A model generated the notes under the pieces. The model was not told the DNA's origin. It worked only from the letters and a program-made list of their open reading frames with translations, and did no database searches. DNA of 64,000 nucleotides from an uncultured Candidatus Peribacteria bacterium (GTDB taxonomy: Bacteria; Patescibacteriota; Gracilibacteria; GCA-2401425; JAJOLG01): assembly GCA_964456745.1 (NCBI GenBank), contig CAYWBW010000004.1:39483-103482 (forward strand). The letters run 5' to 3'. The translations under genes and the position numbers were made by a program. Below, one piece after another: positions 49,210-59,874 of this stretch. Position 1 is the first letter of the stretch; the number at the start of each line of letters is the position of its first letter.

Positions 49210-51075
49210 TTATAAATATTTTCTAGGATCTGTAATTTTTCATTCAATACTACTAGCAGCTACTGTGGCAGGACTAGCAAGAAAAATTAATGAATCTTTA
49301 TGTCACATTCTTCATTTAAAATTTCTGTTACTAGAACTTAAGATTCTAGATCTAGAAGATGCAACTCATAAATGCTTTCAAAAACAAGGTCAACAATTAG
49401 GGGCCTCAATCATTGCTCAAGAATCTAAAAAAATCTTTATAAATCATGCATCTAAAGCTTTTTTATATATCTGATCACTAGCTGGTACTATAATCAAATT
49501 TACAGCCTCGTTTACATTATTTCATTCTAATATTTCTGCAGCTATTTGCAAATCTTCAAATTTTCAATTAGTACAAGCTCAAATAAAACACTGATTAACT
49601 TCAATATCCTTATCAGAAATAGCAGGAAAACTATTAGAATTTATTTTCATTGATTTATTAACCTGATTTACAATATCACTAATTCAACAAACATTTTCTG
49701 GACTATGTGGAAATGCAACCGCAGGCTCTAAATCACTTAAGTCCAAATCGATTTTCATTGAATAAACTGCTTCTTGATCCGCTTTAATTCAATTCACATC
49801 TTCTATTCAAATAGACTTTAAAAAATCTTTCAATATTTCATCGCAAGGAAATATTCAAGTTCGCGCACTCATTTCAACAACCATATTTGAAAGTGTGGTT
49901 CTCATATCCATAGACATATCCTCCAAAGCTGGTCAACTAAACTCAATTACTTTCTTAGAAGCTCACTTTGATCAAATAAGTGAAATCAAATGTAAGATAA
50001 CATCTTTTGCGCTAACTCATTTTTTTAATTTTCAAATTAAACTGATCTTAATTGTTTCAGGTACGATAAAATTAAATAAGGCTAAAGAAGCCATTGCATA
50101 AACACTATCAGTGGTTCAAACTCAAAGAGCAAAACTATTAATTGCTCAGGCAGTACAAGTATGTGAATCAGTTCATAAAACGACATTTCAAGGAAGTATT
50201 TCTCACTCTTCAATAAATACAATATGCTCAATTCACCTTCACTGTTTATACATTTTTATTCACTGATCTTTTGAAAAATCTTTCATCACTTCAATTCATT
50301 CAGATACAGCCACAGAGCAGGAGGGAATAGAGTGGTCTGGAATAAAAAGAATCTTACTATTATCAAAAACTCTAGCCTGAAGTCAAAAGTCTTTCTTGAA
50401 ATAATCAATTGCTGCTGGTCAAATAACTTCATTAATGTAAATCAAATCTATTGGCAAACAAGATATCTCATTTAATGAAAAAACTCTTTCTCAAACTTGT
50501 TTTGAAATGATTTTTTCTACAATAGTTTGACCTCTTTGAATTTGATCTGGTGATTTTTTAATATCAACTTTTCTTGATCAAATATAACTTTTAACAATTC
50601 AAACCTGTCATCATTCAATTATTAATCTTTTATGATAATCACTTATAAAAAAAGATAATATTTTTTCAGTTGTTTTATTTGTTATACTTAAATTTTCTAT
50701 ATCAATTTCAATATCATCTCAAAGCCTAAATAATTTTCTAACATTTTCAATTTTGATAAGTAAAAACCCATTATTAAATGCATTACGATAAAAAATATCA
50801 GGAAAACTTTCTGCAATGACGCATTTAATATTATTAAAAGATAGGGCATAAATTGCCTGTTCCCTAGACGAACCACAGCCAAAATTATTTCAAGCAACAA
50901 TTACATTTGACTCTTCTTTACTGCACTTTTCAACGAATTTGTGGTCAAATTTTTCAAATGCGTGTTTTGCGAAAAAAGCCTTATCAGTACTTTCTTGTAA
51001 TACATCTGCCCTAATTATATCATCCGTATTTATATCATCTTCATACTTACTGCTAACTTTTCAAAATATTTTCAT
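49210..51075 (-). CDS. leuDC: fused 3-isopropylmalate dehydratase, small subunit N-terminal and large subunit C-terminal (LeuD-LeuC, 621 aa)
   Basis: Single 1866-nt ORF. N-terminal part has LeuD motifs [23 protein letters not shown] and [14 protein letters not shown]. The frame then reads straight into LeuC motifs [39 protein letters not shown] and SSNRNFKGRMG. There is no stop or start at the junction. Confidence 0.85.
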
Positions 51076-51227
51076 TTAATTAATTTTTTTATTACAAGTT
51101 AAATCACTCAATAGAATTTAACAAAAAATATGATTTATGCAATTGTAAATGAATAATTATTAACAAAAACATAAACAGTATTCAAGTAAAATATATAATT
51201 TTGTAAAAGTTTTTAAATTAAAATACT

Positions 51228-51767
51228 TTAACTCGGAACAACTGCATCAACTGCAGCCCACTTAACATCATCGTTTCACTCTGGGATAATAATTGAAATT
51301 CTGTCTCAAACATTTGCTCTCAGATACGTAACAGCAGCAAGAATTACTCGATAGGTTTTTCAATCAGCAATTACTTTATATTGACCTTCATCAAGTGTTA
51401 GAGTTCAAACAAGATGTCTTCTTGGCTTTGGTCTTATTTGTTTATATAAAAATTTTCAATCTTCATTCACTGTTAGCTTCAATCAATCTCATTCAACCAA
51501 TTTTGATTTTGAAATATAATTAACAGGAATTGGGTGTTCAAATCACTCACTATCAATCATTTTTTCTCAATTAAAAACTCATTCAACAACATTATCATTT
51601 GAATCTTCTGATCATAAAGAAGCTAAAGTTCATGCTTCTCATTTTAACTGAGCATTGTTATTGGATATATCATCTCAAGTAAGATCCTTCATTAAATCTC
51701 TTGCTGCAGACAAAGATGCTGCTGCTGCTTCTATTAATTGTGCTAATTTTTTTATATTCATATCCAT
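51228..51767 (-). CDS. hypothetical protein (179 aa)
   Basis: 540-nt ORF with TGA=Gly. Ala-rich N-terminal helix (AQLIEAAAASLSAARDL). No known motif. Confidence 0.55.
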
Positions 51768-51867
51768 TTTATTTTTAATTTTATAAATTTATGTTAAGTA
51801 ATAATACTTATTTTATAAACAAAGTCTATTAAAGCTATTTGACAAGCACTGATTAATTATTAGATCA

Positions 51868-52884
51868 TTATAATGTTTCTGATCATGACTGAACTGTAAC
51901 TGACTCTAACGCAGATCAACTTAAACTAGCTGATTCTGTTAATTGATCTCATGAATTAGATTGTAAATCAGATCAAGTAAGATCTAATATCTCAATAATA
52001 TTTTCATCATCTACATTTTCAAGCAATGATTTCTCAGCTCAAGTTGAACTATCCATATAATCTTCAGGTCAGCCTATATCAGATAAAACTCAAGATCCTG
52101 ACACCTCTCATGTCATGGCATCAACCTGATCACTTATAAGTGATTTTGTTTGCGAACCAGGTCATCATAATTCATCTTCAGTTAATGAATTTAAAAATTC
52201 ATTTTTTTCAAAATCTGCTCATTGTAAAGTGTCAAAAGCAACAATTTTATCTTCATTCAATTTAACATTCACATCTAAACTCTTAGAAAATCACTCAAGT
52301 CAGCTGGCAATTTTAAGTACATACTCACTTAAACCATCAAGTGGCTCATCAGGTATAAACATTATTGCTCTATTATTTACATTACTTCTTTTAGCTGTTC
52401 ATTCAAAAACCTGATCTTTTTCTCAAGCCTTATTTAAAAATATTTTATTTAATTCTCCACACCTAATTAATTTATCAGTAGCAGTAATAGCATGTTTTCA
52501 GGAAGGACAAATATTTTGATTTCAAAGTTTTTCAATATATCAAAGCAAATCTTCAAGTCTAACAAATTCTGAGAATATCACCGTGATAACCTCATCTACA
52601 TCAATTGTATGATCAGTACTATTTGGAATTGTTTTTAAAACTCTGAGTGATGTCATATCCTCTATCGATGCAGCTTTTAAAACCTCACCAGTTTCTGCCT
52701 CTTGTTCTTCAAAAATAAATAATTGATAAGTATCAATTAAATCCATTTCTGATGCAATTAATTCCTCAGTAGGATTAATGTTTTCAAATCCAGAATTCAA
52801 AATACTTGATAAATAAAATCATCAATATATTGAGACTGACACAAAAAGGATTAATGATAATATGAAAAACTTTAACTGAGACAA
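51868..52884 (-). CDS. membrane-anchored acidic hypothetical protein (338 aa); TTG start inferred
   Basis: Frame is open from 52884 (TTG) to TAA 51868-51870. TTG 52884 adds an N-terminal anchor SQLKFFILSLILFVSVSIY. The standard-track fragment begins at 52800 (also TTG). Confidence 0.5.
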
Positions 52885-52992
52885 TTTGTTTTTATTAAAT
52901 TAATATTTAAATATTTTTTAAACTAAACTAATATTACTTACTATTTTTACTCACACAATCCAAAATTCATCATTTAGATTTACATTTATAAT

Positions 52993-54057
52993 TTAGTCTT
53001 TGGATCCAGCCATTTTTCTAGCCTGATCTTCTAATAATACTTTTTCAAAAACATCATTAATATTTCAATCCATTATTGAAGGTAAATTGCTCCAACTTGC
53101 TTTAATTCTGTGATCAGTAAGACGATCCTGAGGAAAATTGTAAGTCCTAATTTTCTCAGACCTATCTCAAGTTCACACTTGAGAAAGTCTCAAATCTTTT
53201 TGCTCTTTTTGTGCCTTCTCAATTTCTGCAGAATACAACCTACTTTTTAAAACAGTCATAGCAGATTGCCTATTTGCATGTTGACTTCTTCAATCTTGGC
53301 ACTCAACCACCAATCAAGTTGGAATATGAGTAATTCTTACAGCAGAATCTGTTACATTTACATGCTGCCCTCAAGCACCTTGAGATCTAAATGTATCAAT
53401 TCTTATATCTTCAGTTTTAACTTCAACCTCTTCTATATCATCAACCTCTGGCATTACAGCAACTGTAGCCGTAGAAGTATGAACTCTTCATTGTGTTTCT
53501 GTAAGAGGAACTCTTTGTACTCTATGAACTCAAGATTCATATTTATATTTTGAATAAGCTCAAGTTCAAATAACTTTAAAAGTAGCATATTTTACTCAAT
53601 CGGGCTCCACTCTTTGTACACTTATTATATCTACTTTATATCAATTATTTTCAGCATATCTTGTATACATTCTAAGAAGCTGTCAAGCAAAAATAGAAGC
53701 CTCATCTCAGCCTGCAGCTGGTCTAATTTCAACAATAACATCCCTATCGTCATTTGGATCTTTTGGCAATAAAACCACTTTTAATTCTTCCTCAATTTTT
53801 GGAATCATTTCCTTTGCTTCTTCAAGCTCCAACGAAGCAAGCTCTTTCATCTCAGGATCTTTCATTAATTCCAAAGCTTCATCCTTTTGTTTTAAATATT
53901 TTTCATAAATATGTAAAAGTTCTACAATTGGTCTTAAGCTCGCGGCTTTTTTGCTTAATTGAATATACTTTTTTTGATCAGACACTATGTCTTGTGACAT
54001 CAAGCTCTCATTTATTTTTTCAAGCTCTTGCTCAATTAATTTTAATTTATTTAACAT
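52993..54057 (-). CDS. prfA: peptide chain release factor 1 (354 aa)
   Basis: Has the PxT-type recognition loop [18 protein letters not shown] motif FRSQGAGGQHVN and [19 protein letters not shown]. The first G of GGQ is a TGA codon (53371-53373). Confidence 0.9.
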
Positions 54058-54377
54058 TAATTTATAATTATGGATATATTTTATTATTAGAAAAACTTTT
54101 GTTTTAGTCAATTGTATTGTAATCTTAATTAATTAGTTTTCTTTATTAATAGTAATATATACAGTGGATTGTTTGAGAATTTTTATAATTTTTGAAACAA
54201 GCTAGGTTCAAAATCTCAATTTTCAATTTATTAATATTAATAAATCACTTATTTCTAAATATATTTTGTTTTGAATTTTAAAAATTATTATTTATTTACA
54301 AAAATTTAAAAATTCCATATTTAACTTGAATACTATCTGAATTTCTGTTAATAATTTTTGCACAATTTAAATATTTT

Positions 54378-55427
54378 ATGGAGTATAATTATCTATCCAC
54401 AACCAACATCAAAGTAAGTAAAGCCTGTCTTTGAACAATGAGCTTTTGAGCACATGTCTCTGAAAATGAGTCGTTTAATATAATGGATAAAGCTTTGGAA
54501 CTTTGAATCAATTTCTTTGATACTGCTGAAATATATAGCGTTCCACCATCAAAAGACACATTTTGAATTACAGAAAATATTATCTGAAAATGGATAAAAT
54601 CTAGAAATGCGCGAAACAATATTGTACTAGCTAGTAAAATAACATGACCAGCAAGGCCTTGATTTGTTGACTATATAAGATGATGAGATACAAATTTCTC
54701 TAAAGATAGTATTGAAAAAGCAATTGATTGAAGTTTAAAACGATTAAACACTGATTTTATTGATCTTTATCAACTTCATTGGCCAGATAGAAATTTAAAC
54801 ACTTTTGGTCAAAGACATTTTATCCCATACGATGAAGAGATCATGAGACCAATTGAAGAAATTCTCAATTCTCTTCAGTATTTTATTAAAAAATGAAAAA
54901 TCAGAAAAATTTGACTTTCCAATGAATCTCCCTGGTGAACAATGAAATTCCTTCAAAAATCTAAGGAATTAAATTTGCCCAGAATGGTTAGTGTACAAAA
55001 CAGTTATAGCCTTCTTACCAGAACTTTTGACACATGCCTTTCTGAGATAAGTTTAAAAGAAAATATTGGCTTGCTCGCTTATTCACCTCTATGATATTGA
55101 GTTTTATGATGAAGATATATTGATTGAAACAAACCCGAATGATGACGTTTTACGAAATATCCAAGATATAATTTAAGATACCAATCATCAATGGTTAACG
55201 AGCTTATTAAGAAATACGACGCACTAGCTAAAGAAAATTCTCTAAAACTCTCAGAGCTCGCACTTACCTTTGTTTATTCAAAACCATTTTTAACAAGTTG
55301 TATCATTTGACCATCAAATGTTGATCAATTAATAGAAAATGTTAATGCTCTAAATATAACTTTATCAAAAGATGTTTTTAAATGAATTGAAAAAATTAAT
55401 GAGATTTGTCCTAATGTATGTGCTTAA
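54378..55427 (+). CDS. aldo/keto reductase (Tas-like), 349 aa
   Basis: Has FFDTAEIY, DLYQLHWPD, GLSNESPW, QNSYSLL, AYSPLGYG and IIGPSNVDQL. Confidence 0.85.
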
Positions 55428-55514
55428 AAAGAATTATATAAAATCCATTTCATAATTTTATACAAAAATTTTGATATAATTTAAATTATAATAAATTACT
55501 AAAACATCACTATT

Positions 55515-56351
55515 TTATATCTTTTCTCAATCTACATAAATATCAAATAATCTGTGAAAATTGTCCTCTTTTAATTTTTCTGATAAATATTTCGTTGTAA
55601 ATATTACTATATTCCCAACCTTAAACGGGTTATCATTCCAATCATTTCGCACCAATAGCAAAATTCCAAGTCAAGTGTTTTCAATACTAGAAACATCTGT
55701 CAAATCTATAACAAATTTTCTTCACTTTATAAATTTTATGGCTAATTCACAAAGACTCTCAAACTCTCAATGAATCGTATGATCAAAAACTCCGCTCATT
55801 ACAAGAATAACTTCTCCTGGCGTTTCTTTAATTTTTCACTCTTCTAAATATTTTTTATAAGCTATTTCCTCTGGTGATTCAATGATGCTAGTATCAGCTT
55901 GGACACTTACATGTTGTGTATGTGTTTCATCCATAACTTCTTCAACTTCAGCTCAATCTATAACCTGAATATCAAAATAGTCATGAAGAAATCATGCATT
56001 AGCAAAGTCATTACTAATCTTCTGATTAATCCTAAGTTTCACTTTGCATGAATCACTTCTTTTTTCAAAATAAATACGAATAAATTGTAATAACATGTCT
56101 TCAAATCAAATATTAACACTATCTACTAATGTCATATCTAATATTATTTTCTTTTTATTATTAGTCTCAATCAATGTATCATCTGTGATTCTCATAAAAA
56201 TACTATCAGAAATAGTTCAAAAATCTCAAATTAATTTAATAGTGATATTATTTTTACCAGGTTTAATAACTCATTCTAACTTATTATTTTTATATACTGG
56301 ATAACTCGAGGCACTTTCTACTCCTCTCTTTTTCTTCTTCTTTTTAGACAT
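55515..56351 (-). CDS. tandem-STAS-domain protein (278 aa)
   Basis: 837-nt ORF with a lysine-rich N-terminus. Two halves each have the STAS-like pattern (ITIKLIGDF...ILDMTLVDSVN and ILVMSGVFDH...FVIDLTDVSSIENTGLGILLL). Paralog of the next gene. Confidence 0.55.
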
Positions 56352-56428
56352 AATTTATTAATTATTAATTTATAATATTTGTACAATATGAATATTCCTT
56401 AAATCGTCAATTTATTATTTTATATTAT

Positions 56429-57256
56429 TTAAAACGGCTTTTTTTCAATACCATCAATATATAACTGAAAGAACTTATGAAAATTTGAAGCTGCTAAATA
56501 ATTTCAATACTTTCAAGTAGCCAAAATTCATATATTATCAAGTCATGGATCGGCTTGCTTGTTTGTTTGGTTAAATAAAAGTAAAATACCTAGTCCGAGT
56601 TGATCTAGATTAGAAATAGTAGTTAAATCCAGAATCAACTGTCTTCAATTCAATTGTTTCAAGGCTCTTGTGCAAGTATCTCTAAACACTCAATGAATTT
56701 TAAAATCAAGTATGCCACTTATTTTAACAATAACCTGATCTGGGGTCTCAATTACTTGAAATTGATCCAATTGCGCATTTAAATCTGTAACGGCTGATTC
56801 AACAATATCATTATCAACTCATCTGCCAACAGCTTGATGTATATTACCAATGGTATCTGTTATTTCAGATCAATGTACTACCTGAATCTCAAACATATTA
56901 TAGACAGTAGGCTCAGCAGAAAGCATATTATCCATTTCCTGACTAAGCTTAACTACAATCAAAGCATTAAAAGAATTTTCATGATTAACTCGTCAAAAAG
57001 CTGCAAGCATGTAAGTAAATCAATCACAAACAGTGTTTACTCAAAAACAATCAATTATAATTTTTTTGTGTTTATTGGCATTAATTAAGATCTTAGATGC
57101 AATTCATGCAAACACTTGCTCAGAACTTTGTCAAAAACTTCATTTGAATGCAATGACAACTTCTTGATCCGTACTTCTTATCCATCATTCAAATCCCCTA
57201 TATTGATATTCACAACTATATCACAATACTTTCGGACACCTTTGCATAGAATGCAT
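56429..57256 (-). CDS. tandem-STAS-domain protein (275 aa)
   Basis: 828-nt ORF. Has VIAFKGSF...IIIDCFGVNTVCDGFTYML and IVKISGILDFKIH...LILDLTTISNLDQLGLGILLL. The C-terminal half is clearly similar to the 55515-56351 product. Confidence 0.55.
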
Positions 57257-57560
57257 ATTTTATCAAAAATTATATTACAATATTTACACTATATTGCGTA
57301 CTTCGTCAATATCTTTTCTTATAAAAAAAGAACTTCAACATTAAGAAATAAATAACTCTACACAAACTTTTAAATTCCTAATTTTAAATTGAAAATCTAT
57401 TTTAAATTTTAAATTATCCACATACAACAATTTCTTATATTAATTATATCTAAAACCAATTTTATTTATAAAAATTAAATTCAATCCAGCAATACATTTT
57501 GTGAATTACCCCCAACTATGATCAATTACGGCATATCCCATTGTATTTAAAGACACTTTA

Positions 57561-57569
57561 TGTTATAAT
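57561..57569 (+). promoter_or_regulatory. extended -10 promoter element candidate (TGTTATAAT)
   Basis: TGnTATAAT match 19 nt upstream of the MFS gene ATG, with an AGG Shine-Dalgarno-like element in between. Confidence 0.3.
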
Positions 57570-57587
57570 TAATAGATAGGACAAAAT

Positions 57588-58802
57588 ATGACAAAAAAAT
57601 CACATATACTCAACTGGAATTTCCATAAAGCACATTGGGATATGAATATAATTGAATTTTATATTTTTCAAGCTTTGTATAAATTGGCAAATACTATGAT
57701 CAACCTATTTTTGCCAATATTCTTACTAGTTAAATGATACTGAGTCACTGAAGTAATACTATTTTTTGTAATAATGCAAATTTTATTCATACTATTTAAT
57801 CCCTTTACTTGAAAAGTAATAGAAAAATTATGAGTTAAACATTCAATTGCCTTAAAAATTCCTTGCTACATCGCTTTCTTTATTGGTCTTAAATATATTA
57901 GCTGAAACTTTATAGATGATATATATCTTATATTTATTATATTAATTTTTAGAGCCTCATGACCATCTATTTCAAATGTTGCAGTAGATATATTTATGGC
58001 TAAGAATATTGTGAAAAAAAATCCATGAAAAATGATAGCTTCACTAAAAATATTACTGACATTATCTTGAATACTAGCACCACTTCTTTGATGATTTATA
58101 TCATATTTCTATTGATTCAATGCACTTTTTTATTTTTGAATCGTATTAGTCTTACTGTCAGGAATACCACTTTTTCTAACTCCAGATAAGCACTTTAAAG
58201 TACATTACAAACCTCAACAATTATTTAGTTTTCTGCTACACAAAACTGACAAGAATTACTTAATAGCAGAAACTTGATATATATTGCCAGATACTATGAT
58301 GTGGATTATGTGGCCACTTTTCTTATTCTTTGCAATCAAAAATACTGCCGATTTATGATTACTACTTACCATTTCAACATGAATTTCAATTGTTATTTCT
58401 TATTATATTTGAAAAAAAGTAGATTCAAAACAATGAAACATGTATCTTATAAACTGAGTTAGACTATCAAGTATATCACTTTTTCTAAGATCAATTTCAC
58501 TAAACTCAATTATTATTTGAATTATAAACGCCATAGACAATATGATAGAACCAATTTGGAAAATTCCATATGACAATATTGCATATAAAGTAATAAATCA
58601 GCATCACGATCAAATTAAAATGGCAAATCTAAAACAGCTTATTTCAGAAATTCTATATACCCTATGAACCCTAATACTATTAGTAATAAGTTATCTGAAT
58701 GGAGAGATATCAGTTTCATTTTTTGTAATGGTATTTTGAATATTTTCTATTATATCACTACTTACTCAAAGAATGACTTGTGTTAAAGTCAAAGATAATT
58801 AA
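57588..58802 (+). CDS. MFS-type transporter (404 aa)
   Basis: 1215-nt ORF with about 12 hydrophobic helices in two six-helix halves separated by a charged loop (TPDKHFKVHYKPQQ). Confidence 0.6.
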
Positions 58803-58879
58803 TTTCTTTCAATATATAGATATCATTAATAGCAAATTCTCAATTGCATTTTATCAAAGTTCTTGTAACTTTTTTATAT

Positions 58880-59599
58880 ATGCTAAAAAGAGAAAAAAAT
58901 TACGATCAAATATTATATAAACAAGACGATTTTGTAAGTCAGTTTAAAAAACAAAAATCTATAAAAACAACAATTCTAGAATCAAAATATTTAGACTATA
59001 TTTGAAAGAGTAAATTTGATTATGTATATTTTAGCTATAGCGGTTGACGCAAAGTATTTTTTGTAGTGCCAGAAATTTGAGAGCTTGCAAAAAGTTATGA
59101 TAAAATGGAAATAAAATTTTCTAAAAACCAAAAAGATGAGAAAACAAAAGAAGAATTTTTTTGATTTTTCGATATTTTTATTAAAAAATTTGAAAATACA
59201 ATGAAACTTCTTCATTCAGATATTTACAATAATGCAAATTATTGGTTAAATTTTCATATTTGAAATTTTTATGCCAATGAAGCTGTCAAACTTGTAAGCC
59301 TAATTGTAGATAGTGAAACTGTTTATTGAAAACATTTTTGCTTTAGCCTTACAGAAAAGATTGTTAAACATAGGAAAAAGATAGCATTTAAAGCATATGA
59401 GAAAATTGCAAAAAAAATAGTAAAAGAAAATGAAATCAATTATAAATTTTTTAAAAAATTTTTTGTTAGTTATTCAAAGCTTAAGAAAAAACTAAAAGCA
59501 AGTTATGATATTAAAATACTAAAAATATTTGGATCTAATGTTAGTAAATTATATTTTGACAAACATTGCTTGAAAATATTTGAAGCAATGTTTTCTTAA
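58880..59599 (+). CDS. hypothetical protein (239 aa), lysine-rich
   Basis: 720-nt ORF with TGA=Gly. No known motif. Confidence 0.5.
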
Positions 59600-59833
59600 A
59601 TGGATATTATTAAAATATTTTCAATGATAAAAGTCAATGCCAATGACAACAATTATATGTACCTATGAAAGCGCAAAGTGTGAAAAATAATCGTTACGAT
59701 AAAAAAAGTTTTGTGAAAAAATAGATTCTTTGAAAACTGAGTCCCAAGAACGTTTTTAATTAAAAATAAAACAAGTTTTAAAAACAAGAATATTAACAAT
59801 GATATATTGAGTCAAAATTCCAATTGACTTTAA
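59600..59833 (+). CDS. small hypothetical protein (77 aa)
   Basis: ATG 59600 immediately follows TAA 59597-59599 (translational coupling geometry). Ends 41 nt before infB. No motif. Confidence 0.3.
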
Positions 59834-59874
59834 GTAAGGAAAAAGCTAGTATTTTTTAGCTATTTTCAGCCTTT

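Noticed and set aside
54058-54377. 320-nt and 330-nt AT-rich gaps (54058-54377 and 57257-57587) as candidate ncRNA or riboswitch loci
   Set aside because: Both are divergent or upstream promoter regions of extreme AT content, with no stable stems or recognisable riboswitch cores by eye.
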